Virus record (IMG/VR): IMGVR_UViG_3300036833_000104
Location: 1-28,647 of that record
Reading direction: 5' to 3' (one strand)
From: a virus
Taxonomy: Duplodnaviria; Caudoviricetes
DNA: 28,647 nucleotides
Part shown: one piece after another, positions 6,953 through 15,873 of the stretch
Layout of the letters: the number at the start of each line of letters is the position of its first letter
Position numbering within the stretch: position 1 is the stretch's first letter
Made by a program: the position numbers and the translations under genes
The notes under the pieces: model-generated
Database searches by the model: none
What the model was told of the DNA's origin: nothing
Seen by the model: only the letters and a program-made list of their open reading frames with translations

Positions 6953-8665
6953 ATGCTGCGCATCCCTCACAACCCGGTCGATTTTGTAACCTGGGTGAAA
7001 GAGCTGGCAGACGAGTGCATGGCCAGCGCAGAGGAGCGCGGGATGGTCTACACTCGCGCTGGCGCGTACTACTACAGCGGAACCTACGACAATCGCGCCG
7101 CTATCTACAACAAGATCAAGCCGTTCATCGACAAGCTGGCTGGATTCCTGATGCAGCCAACTGACGTGCGGTACCAGATCGTTTTTGATTCGACCGAAGA
7201 AGAAAACATGCTCGACCGTGCGCAGGTCGTGTCGGAGAAATTGACAGCGGACTATCGCCAGACTGACTCAGACATCACCTTTGCCGAGTCTGTGGTGTGG
7301 GCTCTGGTGAACGGCGCGTATTTGCTCAAGCATGTACCGGACCACGAGGGTTTCAAGATCGCGCCGGTTCATCCGCAGAATTTCGGTGTGCTGAATGAAA
7401 CGATTCTCAGCTTGGACGAGCAGGAGGCGTTTTGCCACGTCTCCTATCCGAGCTTATCCCGACTGCGTTCGATGCTGCGAGAAGCGAAACACCCGGACGC
7501 GAATAAAATTATCGCGCGCTTGGAGCAAGAAGCGAGGCGCACCACCAAACAGGACGAGGAACCAACTTATTTCCATCAAATGGTTGTCGGTGGGCTGCAG
7601 CCGCTGGGCAATGTCAACGATGCGCCCTCGTCAGCTGCCGGTATCGTCAACGTGTTTCCCACGCCTGTGCCCTGGCGGCCTAACCGTAGGCTGGCCCCGA
7701 CCGTCAAACACTGCGAGCTGTGGGTCAAGGACCAGGACCACGAGGGCGACTACACCACCATCCAATTTGTCTACCCTGACATCGTTCTGGAAGGCCAAGA
7801 CACTCGGCGCAATCTGTCGCGCATCCCAGGACGACATCCGTTTGTGAAGGTTCAGGGTCAGACAACTCCCGGCTATTTCTGGGGACGCTCGCTGGTTGCC
7901 GACGTGCAAATGCTGCAGGACTTGCTGAACAAGCGGCTGCGCGACCTCAAGATATTGTGGGATCGCAACGTCGCAGCTCCGCAAGTGTTGTCCGGTTTCA
8001 CGAGCATAACCGAGGAGCAGTATTTCAAGATCATCAACGAGGGTGGCTTTCTCAACGATCCGAATCCAAATGCCAAATCTCAGAAGCTGCTTGACCCACC
8101 GCCTGAGAACTACCTTGAGGAGCTGGAGTTCATCTGGAAAATGTTTGATGAGGCTTCCGGGTTCAGCCCCATCATGTCTGGACAGGGCGAGCCCGGTGTC
8201 CGGGCTGGCGTTCATGCGCAAACCTTGGTGCGAACATCGTCACCCCGACTGATCGACCAAGCGGCGCGTATCGAGCGCCAGCTCGCCGAGAGCGGCTACC
8301 TTTCGCTGCGACTCATGCAGGCGCAGGATGCTTTCATCTACAAGACTGACAAGGGAACGGAGTTTCTGCTCAGTGATCTCGCCGACAATTTCCAGGTTCA
8401 GGTGGACAGCCATAGTGCGTCGCCCGCTTTCGCCGAGGATAACCGTCAGGTGGCCATTGCTCTTGCACGCGCAAACGCGATTGACTCCGAGGACCTTATC
8501 CACATGCTGCATCCGCCTGGAGCCGAATTGCTGCTTGCAAGATTGCGGCAGCGCCAGAAGGATCAGGCAAAGGCCGCACAGCAGGAAAAACAGGAGGGCT
8601 TGATTCGGGACGTGCTGCATCTGCCAGAACGTGGTCGTTCCCAGGCTGGACGCAAGCGCAAGTAA
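6953..8665 (+). CDS. Portal protein
   Basis: 570 aa following terL. HPFVK...GYFWGRSLVADVQMLQDLLNKRL resembles the portal stem/clip region. Coiled-coil C-terminus. Confidence 0.85.
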   Translation: MLRIPHNPVDFVTWVKELADECMASAEERGMVYTRAGAYYYSGTYDNRAAIYNKIKPFIDKLAGFLMQPTDVRYQIVFDSTEEENMLDRAQVVSEKLTADYRQTDSDITFAESVVWALVNGAYLLKHVPDHEGFKIAPVHPQNFGVLNETILSLDEQEAFCHVSYPSLSRLRSMLREAKHPDANKIIARLEQEARRTTKQDEEPTYFHQMVVGGLQPLGNVNDAPSSAAGIVNVFPTPVPWRPNRRLAPTVKHCELWVKDQDHEGDYTTIQFVYPDIVLEGQDTRRNLSRIPGRHPFVKVQGQTTPGYFWGRSLVADVQMLQDLLNKRLRDLKILWDRNVAAPQVLSGFTSITEEQYFKIINEGGFLNDPNPNAKSQKLLDPPPENYLEELEFIWKMFDEASGFSPIMSGQGEPGVRAGVHAQTLVRTSSPRLIDQAARIERQLAESGYLSLRLMQAQDAFIYKTDKGTEFLLSDLADNFQVQVDSHSASPAFAEDNRQVAIALARANAIDSEDLIHMLHPPGAELLLARLRQRQKDQAKAAQQEKQEGLIRDVLHLPERGRSQAGRKRK

Positions 8666-8705
8666 GGGTGTAGCTTTCCCAGCCGCGACACTCCGGGGTA
8701 GCAGA

Positions 8706-9233
<528 letters not shown>

Positions 9234-9336
9234 TAAATGACCTACGCTCCGATGCGCCGCCGCCGCGAACGTCAGCTGAACCGGCGTCAGTGGGAACGTC
9301 TGGAGAAGGTCCAACGACTGCAAGAGGAGTATCACC

Positions 9337-9522
9337 ATGGCACAGAATCGATCATACGACCCGCCGATCACCTCGCCACCCGAGACACCACCGCGAACAG
9401 TCCTGCAGGTGGACACCCAAAGCGAGGTCAGTGAGTGGGGCGCGATCTCCAAGGTCGTGCCGAAGCCTGAGGGCGGCGTGCCGCTCCAGCCGAGCATCAT
9501 CGGCAAGAACAACTCCAACTAA
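9337..9522 (+). CDS. Hypothetical small protein
   Basis: SD GAGGAG, 61 aa. Confidence 0.7.
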   Translation: MAQNRSYDPPITSPPETPPRTVLQVDTQSEVSEWGAISKVVPKPEGGVPLQPSIIGKNNSN

Positions 9523-9533
9523 CGGAGGGTTAG

Positions 9534-10082
9534 GTGGCCAAGCGCGAAATCGAAGATGAGGAATACAATTTTTTGCAGAGTCGCAAACAGGTAGCCGATT
9601 TCGTCGAAAGCATCTATAACGATCCGGCTTTGAGCCGTGAGGCAAAAGCGCTGATCAAGCGCAAATATCCCACGCTGCAAATCCCCGACTACGACATCGA
9701 GGAGAAGGTTGACGCACGCTTCGCCAAAGAGAAGGCAGAGCGCGATGACGCCGAGTCCAAGAAGAAGCAGAAGGAGGAGGATGACCGTATCGCCAATGCG
9801 CGCAAACGCACGCAAGACGACTACGGCTTCACCGACGATGCGATGAAGCGGCTGGAAGGTCTGATGGTTGAGCGCAACATCGGCGACTACGAGGTTGCCG
9901 CGAGCTACATGGCGGCCAAGGAACCAAAAACGAGCGAACCCACATTCGATAACCAGCGATGGAATCACCAGAAGGCACCGGGATTCGCCGACATAGCCAA
10001 AGACCCAGAGGAGTGGGGACGGAACGAGATTCTGAAAACGCTCAACGAGCAACAAGCTCAGGAGCGTAACCGGAGGTTCTAA
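9534..10082 (+). CDS. Putative capsid scaffolding protein
   Basis: Highly charged helical 182-aa protein directly upstream of and coupled (TAATG) to the capsid gene. SD GGAGG. Confidence 0.65.
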   Translation: MAKREIEDEEYNFLQSRKQVADFVESIYNDPALSREAKALIKRKYPTLQIPDYDIEEKVDARFAKEKAERDDAESKKKQKEEDDRIANARKRTQDDYGFTDDAMKRLEGLMVERNIGDYEVAASYMAAKEPKTSEPTFDNQRWNHQKAPGFADIAKDPEEWGRNEILKTLNEQQAQERNRRF

Positions 10083-11110
10083 TGCCCATCCTCGGCAGTG
10101 GCCTGATTCCGTCCGGCCCCATCGGGCTGGAACTGGAAGCGACTGTTCGGCGCGTGTTCGCCCAGATGGTCGTGATTTTGCTCTACCGGCAAAATCCCCT
10201 CCTGGCGTTACTCCTCAGAAATGCCATCCGCGCATCGGGCGGCGTCTCGCCCTACACGCAGCCGGTGCAGACCGGCCAATACGTCACGTCAAGTTGGATC
10301 GGGCCGGCCGGTCAATTCAATTTGCCCACTGACGTTGCCGCTACCATCAACGCCGAGTTCAACATGTGCGCGCTCGCCACTCCGGTCAGTTCGCTCGGGT
10401 TGGAACAGCTCGTGACGCAGGACGCTATCGCCGTTGCTTCGCGTCTGATGCTCAAACTCAATGACTTGAAAAACTCGGCACTCGCTGCCTTGGCAGGAGC
10501 CCTGTTCGGACCTCCCACCGCCAACGTACTGCAGATGTTCTCGCTCAATGATGCTTACGGCGCGACTGGCGTCTACGGTGGACTCGACCGAGGCACATAC
10601 CCGACCTGGGCCGGTCTCAGCGTCGCGGCCGCTGGCCCTGTCCTCACCCGCGCAGCTTTCATTCCTGAACTGCTCAAGGCTGTGAAACACAGCGGCGGCG
10701 AGGCGCTGGATTTCGTCGTGATGTCAATCGAGGACTGGACAACACTACTGACCGATTTCATGGGCGTGGAACGCTACAACAATGACCCAAGCTCTCGGTG
10801 GGGCAAGGATGACCCGGTTAATTCCGGCTTTAGAGGACTACTGCTTGGCGACACGCCGATCTTCTTCGACCTCAACTGCCCTGTTGGGACTGCTATTGGA
10901 TTCAACAGTCGCTACATCACCCTGGTTATCCACGAGGACGCTAATTTTGCTTGGACTGGATGGTACTCGACCATCCCGCAAGGACAGATCGCCAGTGTCG
11001 GACTGAGCCTCACTGCGCTCAATCTCGTGTGCAGCAAACCAGGCACCGGCATCATCATCAGCGGCATTACCGGGGGTGCAGCGGGCTTCCCGCTTCCACC
11101 TCCTCCATAA
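10082..11110 (+). CDS. Major capsid protein
   Basis: 342 aa, positioned after the scaffold. YGGLDR..YPTW and SGF.GL.LGDTPIFFD.NCP.G resemble HK97-fold podoviral capsids. Confidence 0.85.
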   Translation: MPILGSGLIPSGPIGLELEATVRRVFAQMVVILLYRQNPLLALLLRNAIRASGGVSPYTQPVQTGQYVTSSWIGPAGQFNLPTDVAATINAEFNMCALATPVSSLGLEQLVTQDAIAVASRLMLKLNDLKNSALAALAGALFGPPTANVLQMFSLNDAYGATGVYGGLDRGTYPTWAGLSVAAAGPVLTRAAFIPELLKAVKHSGGEALDFVVMSIEDWTTLLTDFMGVERYNNDPSSRWGKDDPVNSGFRGLLLGDTPIFFDLNCPVGTAIGFNSRYITLVIHEDANFAWTGWYSTIPQGQIASVGLSLTALNLVCSKPGTGIIISGITGGAAGFPLPPPP

Positions 11111-11126
11111 TAAGACGAGGTAGTAG

Positions 11127-11450
11127 ATGAGCGGATGGGGGACTTTTCCGTGTGCCTGCCCGCCATTCTCCCGTCCGGTGGGAGGACTTATTGCGTGCCC
11201 TGCGCGATGGCCACACTACGTCATCCCGTGCTCGCATCTTCTCGACCCGTTCTACGCTCAGCAGCTTAACCCTTGCTTCCCGTTCGCCAGACCGCCGCGC
11301 GCCTTCGAGAGCGAGTCGCGCGCCGCCGGAACCGGAATGATACGGGGGACCGCGCCATGCCCGCCTGGACCGCCGCCGCCATCGCCCTGGTTAGCACCGG
11401 GTTCAGTGGCACGGACGGCCAGACAGGTGCTGCCAACTGCGCGGAGGTGA
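11127..11450 (+). CDS. Hypothetical Pro/Cys-rich protein
   Basis: SD GAGGT; fills the gap between the capsid and IPT genes. Confidence 0.55.
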   Translation: MSGWGTFPCACPPFSRPVGGLIACPARWPHYVIPCSHLLDPFYAQQLNPCFPFARPPRAFESESRAAGTGMIRGTAPCPPGPPPPSPWLAPGSVARTARQVLPTARR

Positions 11451-11453
11451 GCA

Positions 11454-12236
11454 GTGCCCGTTGTCATTACCAGCGTTAGTCCAAGCTCGGGTCCGCCAGC
11501 TGGCGGCACCCCGGTAACCATCACCGGAACTGGCTTTACCGGCGCGACTGTCGTTGACTTCGGCGCTACCCCGGCAACCAATGTGGTTGTGGTCAGCGAT
11601 ACCTCGATCACAGCAGATACGCCGGTGGCGACTCAAGATGGTCATGTGAGCGTGTCCGTCACTTCGCCAAGCGGCACCGGCACGCTACCGAATGGCTTTC
11701 TCTACGGCGGGGCGACCGGGCCGGTCGATGTGTTCCCTGCCTTCACGCCGATTGTTCCCCCTCCGGTGTTTGGTCTAGGAGGTGGCCCGCCGCCAACTTT
11801 CCCGCCGCCAACGCCGCCGCCGATTGGTGCGATCCCACCGGGCGTGCTGGTCGGACCAGCCATAGCGGCGGCTGCGGTTCCACCTTCGGTGGCTGGCCGA
11901 CCGCTGATTAGCTACAAGAGCGGCAGCGCAACCGTGCCTGCGGCAGCAAATATGGTTCCAGCCTTCACCACGGTATTCCCCAAGCCACCTATCGTCTTTT
12001 CCAACATCTTTACCGATGGGGCCTCTCCGGTCGTGCCCCCTTCCACGGCGACAACGCAAAATGTGCCGGTCGGCGGTTGGGGTCCGCCGCAAGGACCAGC
12101 TTTCCCACCCCCGAGCTTCACGCTTCCAGCTGCAGCCGCCGCAATGGGCGAGCTGCGCGGGGGCTCGGTCCTGGGGGACGGTATCTCACCGGTGATGGAG
12201 GAGCCGCCGCACAGGCGCAAGACGCGTCGCCGATAG
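11454..12236 (+). CDS. IPT/TIG (Ig-like) domain protein with Pro-rich tail, probable virion decoration
   Basis: PVVITSVSPSSGPPAGGTPVTITGTGFTGATVVDFG...VVSDTSITADTP...VSVTSPSGT is a canonical IPT/TIG pattern. SD GGAGG. Confidence 0.9.
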   Translation: MPVVITSVSPSSGPPAGGTPVTITGTGFTGATVVDFGATPATNVVVVSDTSITADTPVATQDGHVSVSVTSPSGTGTLPNGFLYGGATGPVDVFPAFTPIVPPPVFGLGGGPPPTFPPPTPPPIGAIPPGVLVGPAIAAAAVPPSVAGRPLISYKSGSATVPAAANMVPAFTTVFPKPPIVFSNIFTDGASPVVPPSTATTQNVPVGGWGPPQGPAFPPPSFTLPAAAAAMGELRGGSVLGDGISPVMEEPPHRRKTRRR

Positions 12237-12253
12237 CGGGATATGATCCGGCC

Positions 12254-12946
12254 ATGCTGGCCCAGTACATCAGCGAGGTTCAGGATTTCCTGAACGATCA
12301 GCAGGGGCAATTTTTCACGATCCCCCGACTGACGAGCTACATCAACAAGGCCCGCCGTCGCGTTGCAGGCGCATCTAGTTGCTTGCGCGTGCTGCCTCCC
12401 GGTACGCAGACTAAGAAGAACCAAGAGGTCTATCCCTTCTCGGACTGGAACTCGCTCGTTCAAACACAGCTGCCTGGAGTGCAGAGCGTTCTGCACTGCC
12501 GCTCACTCGCCGTCGCAATAGGCGTGGGCGGATGGAAACCAACTTGGCGGCGTCTGATCTGGACAGACTTTCAAGCGCGCTTTCGCATCTACAACGGTAC
12601 ATTCTACGGGGTACTGAGCGAGCCGGGATGGTGGTCGCAGTTCGGCGCTGGACCGCTGGGACAGATTTATCTCGCGCCGATCCCGTCACAGTCGATGCCG
12701 ATGGACGTGGACCTCACTTGCATCCCGTCGCCGCTGCTCACCGATAACGACCCGGAGCCAATTCCTTATCCGTGGACCGACGCCGTGAGCTACTGGGCCA
12801 CAGTGTTGTGTCTGCTCGGGCAACAGCGGAAGGAAGATGCGACGGCGATGGCACAGCTATTCAACAGCGATCTGCCAATGTGCGCGTCGATTGTCTGCCC
12901 GCAGATGATCCAGAACCCCTACGGAGCAACGATCAGGTCGGCTTGA
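12254..12946 (+). CDS. Head-tail adaptor / tail tubular protein A-like
   Basis: MLAQYISEVQDFLND...LTSYINKARRRVA...IYLAPIPS...LLTDNDPEPIPYPW; synteny after the capsid gene. Confidence 0.7.
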   Translation: MLAQYISEVQDFLNDQQGQFFTIPRLTSYINKARRRVAGASSCLRVLPPGTQTKKNQEVYPFSDWNSLVQTQLPGVQSVLHCRSLAVAIGVGGWKPTWRRLIWTDFQARFRIYNGTFYGVLSEPGWWSQFGAGPLGQIYLAPIPSQSMPMDVDLTCIPSPLLTDNDPEPIPYPWTDAVSYWATVLCLLGQQRKEDATAMAQLFNSDLPMCASIVCPQMIQNPYGATIRSA

Positions 12947-12971
12947 CGAGTCAGGGCATTATCTTTACACT
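12943..12971 (+). promoter_or_regulatory. Sigma70-type internal promoter
   Basis: TTGACG (12943-12948), 17-bp spacer, TACACT (12966-12971), upstream of the wHTH gene. Confidence 0.6.
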
Positions 12972-12995
12972 CCGGTTTTTTCTTGGAGAAAAACC

Positions 12996-13421
12996 GTGGT
13001 TCAGCCAATATGCCCTCTCTCTGGCCGTCCCTGCCCGCACAAGCTGCTTGTGAACGGCCCGGTGCGCCAGCGCATTGTCGATGTGCTTGCGAGCAGGCCG
13101 CATGGCATCACGCGGGACCAGCTGATCTGGTTAGTCTATGGTGACGATCCCAATGGCGGGCCGGATAGTCCAAACACGATCTGCGTTCTAATCTGGCACA
13201 CCAACAAGCAGCTGCGTCCGCAGGGCTACGAGATTGCAGCCACTCGCGGGCGCGGATCGCTCTACCGTTTGTGGAGATACGATGTCAACACAGAGCGCAA
13301 ACCCGCCCGAGATCATAACTCTGCAGCTGTGGAGGGGGCTAAACCAGCAAGTCCCGCGCGGCTCGATAGACGATCAAGAACTCTTTTGGCAAGAAAACTT
13401 GTACTCAATCGGACCGGGTAG
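12996..13421 (+). CDS. OmpR/PhoB-type winged-helix DNA-binding protein (no receiver domain)
   Basis: IVDVLASRPHGITRDQLIWLVYGDD...NTICVLIWHTNKQLR...IAATRGRGSLYRL matches the Trans_reg_C pattern. SD GGAG. Confidence 0.7.
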   Translation: MVQPICPLSGRPCPHKLLVNGPVRQRIVDVLASRPHGITRDQLIWLVYGDDPNGGPDSPNTICVLIWHTNKQLRPQGYEIAATRGRGSLYRLWRYDVNTERKPARDHNSAAVEGAKPASPARLDRRSRTLLARKLVLNRTG

Positions 13422-15183
13422 CCTGCGCTCCTGCTGGGGTCCTTCCGCGCCGATTTACACTGCGCCAGCTGGCACGAGCATTCTGCGCATCTTCTTCGGA
13501 TACTACGGCAAGAACACGTCGCAGTTCGCCGCGCCGCCGCCTGGGCGCATGGGTTGGATGATGCTGTCCGATGGCAACGTCGATGAGGTTGATCTCGACA
13601 CAGCTGCAGTGACTCGCATCGGGGTAGTCTGGAATCCCGTTGCACCAAACTACTGGGCCTCGATCAAGGTTTGGCGACCCCAATGGCTTGGTGCTGCAAC
13701 CCTCAGCGTCACAGCGGCAGCCGCCGCAGCTGGCGGCTCCGGTTATGTTGCCAACGACACGATCACTCTCGGCAATGGAGTTGTCGTCACGGTCGCCACT
13801 CTCACGGCTGGTGCTGTTGCCACTGTCACGATCACAAACGGAGGCAGTATCTCGGCGACGACGACACCTCCTGCAAATCCGGTAGCACAAGTCTCAACCA
13901 GCGGTGCCGGCACTGGGGCGACATTCAATCTAACCTGGACCGCAGTGGGCGGAAGCGGGATAGGCCAGCAGGGCGGCATAGTCATCGGGTCGCCAAGGGG
14001 CCTTTACGCCTGGGACGGTACGACACTCTCATCGCCCGGTGATCCTTCGCCCGAATGGTTGAGCAATGAAGTCCCCGGCGTCGATCCGATCTCGCCGATG
14101 CCGCAGGGCTTGCCCGGTATCTATTGCATGGAGGTCTACAACGAGCGGCTATGGGTTGCCGGCAAGAACGTCATCAGCTTCTCGGCTCCAAGCAACGGCG
14201 CGAATTTCTCGACCACGCTCGGCGGTGGCAGCTTCGGCTACTACGGAGACAAGCTGACCTACGCCTACATGGACCTCGCCGCGAACGCTGGCTACATGTA
14301 CGTTTTCGGCGACAGCTCCACAGACATCATCAGCAACCTGCAATTCTCCGGGGCGGGCAGTCCTACTTCGCCGTTCACTACGAATTTCACCTACTCGAAT
14401 CTCGATCCTATGGTGGGACACGGATTCCCACGCCCGGTCGGTCGCTGGGGCCGCTATTTCGTGATGTGCAATGGCGATCCGCGCAACGGCGCGGAAACCG
14501 ACCCGCAGGCCGGTCGTGGTGGCATCTATGAAATGACAGGCGCTGATGCGCAGCTGATCAGCCAGAAGGTGACGAGCATCTACACGACGCTCGACGCCAG
14601 CACGTTTATGCCGACGTTCTGCGAAATGACGATGTTCGGATTTCGCATCTTGCTGCTCAACGGGATGTTCACCGATCCGTGGAAACGTAAGCGGCCGATG
14701 CTGTTGGCTTGGAACGGCGAGCAGTGGTGCGTTATGAGTCAGACCTACAATCTCACGCAGATCGGCTGCTACGAGGACAACAGCGTCATCATCCCTTACG
14801 GTACGGATGGCACAAGTCTCTACCGATTGTTCAATCAACCGGACGCCGCGCTGGTCAAACGATTCTCGACCAAAAGGTTGCGCGGCACTGGACCGGCAAT
14901 GCTCACGATCAAAAACTGGAAACGGCTGTTCCTTGAGTTCACCGACATCTTCGGCGGCGGTGTTTCGCTTACCGGCAGCATCACGGCAGGCGGCGGCGGT
15001 GTTCCGGGTGGCACGCAGGATATTGGTTTCCAGCTTACTCGAGGAGTCGCCGACTCAATCGAGCCACAGCCGATTGAGGCTTCGGGCATCTGGGCGGGTA
15101 TTGACCTTGAGAGCGTTTCGCCTGATTTTATCATCGAGCGGCTACACGTAGCCGCTGACGAGCGCACCCTGTTTGGGGCGTAA
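13282..15183 (+). CDS. Tail nozzle / tail tubular protein B-like (P22 gp10/T7 gp12 position)
   Basis: ATG 13282 after GGAG. About 633 aa, beta-rich. N-terminal WRGLN...ENL and internal YNERLWVAG...FS. Confidence 0.7.
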   Translation: MSTQSANPPEIITLQLWRGLNQQVPRGSIDDQELFWQENLYSIGPGSLRSCWGPSAPIYTAPAGTSILRIFFGYYGKNTSQFAAPPPGRMGWMMLSDGNVDEVDLDTAAVTRIGVVWNPVAPNYWASIKVWRPQWLGAATLSVTAAAAAAGGSGYVANDTITLGNGVVVTVATLTAGAVATVTITNGGSISATTTPPANPVAQVSTSGAGTGATFNLTWTAVGGSGIGQQGGIVIGSPRGLYAWDGTTLSSPGDPSPEWLSNEVPGVDPISPMPQGLPGIYCMEVYNERLWVAGKNVISFSAPSNGANFSTTLGGGSFGYYGDKLTYAYMDLAANAGYMYVFGDSSTDIISNLQFSGAGSPTSPFTTNFTYSNLDPMVGHGFPRPVGRWGRYFVMCNGDPRNGAETDPQAGRGGIYEMTGADAQLISQKVTSIYTTLDASTFMPTFCEMTMFGFRILLLNGMFTDPWKRKRPMLLAWNGEQWCVMSQTYNLTQIGCYEDNSVIIPYGTDGTSLYRLFNQPDAALVKRFSTKRLRGTGPAMLTIKNWKRLFLEFTDIFGGGVSLTGSITAGGGGVPGGTQDIGFQLTRGVADSIEPQPIEASGIWAGIDLESVSPDFIIERLHVAADERTLFGA

Positions 15184-15213
15184 ACACCGCACTCGAAAGA
15201 GGAGAAGGGCAGA

Positions 15214-15288
15214 ATGGCAAGACGCCGTAGCCGCAGACTGAGAATGACACGACGCGCACGTCGTATCCGTGCGCGGCGTCGTCGTTAA
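15214..15288 (+). CDS. Protamine-like Arg-rich peptide 1 (24 aa)
   Basis: MARRRSRRLRMTRRARRIRARRRR (15 Arg). SD GAGGAG at 15199-15204. Confidence 0.75.
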   Translation: MARRRSRRLRMTRRARRIRARRRR

Positions 15289-15327
15289 ACCGGGGACAGG
15301 TTTTGTCCTCAAACAGGGAGCCATGTC

Positions 15328-15393
15328 ATGGCACGAAGAGGACGTAAGGCCCGCAGGCGCGGTGGTCGCAGGCGGCGCGGACGGAGACGGTAA
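15328..15393 (+). CDS. Protamine-like Arg/Gly-rich peptide 2 (21 aa)
   Basis: MARRGRKARRRGGRRRRGRRR (13 Arg). SD AGGGAG and TAATG coupling to the next ORF. Confidence 0.75.
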   Translation: MARRGRKARRRGGRRRRGRRR

Positions 15394-15572
15394 TGCCTGC
15401 TCCGCGTATTGGATCAGCGTTCAACAATGCGCGGAATCTGAGAAGGCAGGCTAATCCCCTCAGACCGGGGGATGCGCGGCCGTTCAAACCCGTCGTCCCC
15501 CGACCCAATTCATATCGCAAGGGACCGCACATGTCGTCCCGCGCGACGATGCGCAAAATGCGGAGGCTTTGA
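15393..15572 (+). CDS. Small basic protein 3 (59 aa)
   Basis: MPAPRIGSAFNNARNLRRQANPLRPGDARPFKPVVPRPNSYRKGPHMSSRATMRKMRRL. Coupled on both sides (TAATG, TGATG). Confidence 0.65.
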   Translation: MPAPRIGSAFNNARNLRRQANPLRPGDARPFKPVVPRPNSYRKGPHMSSRATMRKMRRL

Positions 15573-15748
15573 TGGCAAGAGACACCGATCTCGGGCCGCG
15601 CAGCCGCGTGGACCCGGCTGGGCGAATGGGAACCCGTCGCCCGAGAACCGAGGTGCCTGCCTCGCGAACTCGCGCCACCTACGCCAGAGACTGCAGCCCA
15701 CACGGCGGCGGTCAACGGTATCGGCGCTCGCGGCGAGGAGGCAGGTAG
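15572..15748 (+). CDS. Small basic protein 4 (58 aa)
   Basis: MARDTDLGPRSRVDPAGRMGTRRPRTEVPASRTRATYARDCSPHGGGQRYRRSRRGGR. SD GGAGG. Confidence 0.65.
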   Translation: MARDTDLGPRSRVDPAGRMGTRRPRTEVPASRTRATYARDCSPHGGGQRYRRSRRGGR

Positions 15749-15750
15749 TG

Positions 15751-15873
15751 ATGGCTCGTATCCGAGGAATCCGCCGACCAAGCAGACGCTTCGGTTTACG
15801 AGCGCCTTACCGGCGCGGGCGCTCGCCGCGCATCGGAGGGCGAACCGGCCCGGTAAGGGGTGCGAGGCGGTGA
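15751..15873 (+). CDS. Arg-rich peptide 5 (40 aa)
   Basis: MARIRGIRRPSRRFGLRAPYRRGRSPRIGGRTGPVRGARR (15 Arg, no acidic residues). SD GAGGAGG. Confidence 0.7.
   Translation: MARIRGIRRPSRRFGLRAPYRRGRSPRIGGRTGPVRGARR

Noticed and set aside
9237-9434. Arg-rich 65-aa ORF as a confident CDS
   Set aside because: Weak SD and a 98-nt overlap with the better-supported ORF at 9337. Possible but unproven.
11448-11456. TGA readthrough fusing ORF 11127 to the in-frame IPT gene, or a capsid frameshift extension
   Set aside because: The IPT gene has its own GGAGG SD. The capsid ends in a double TAA TAA with no evident slippery site.
15472-15750. 133-aa ORF 15472-15873 (and 15269-15454) from the ORF track
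   Set aside because: Better explained by the coupled small ORFs with SDs. Only the last 40 codons, from ATG 15751, are supported.
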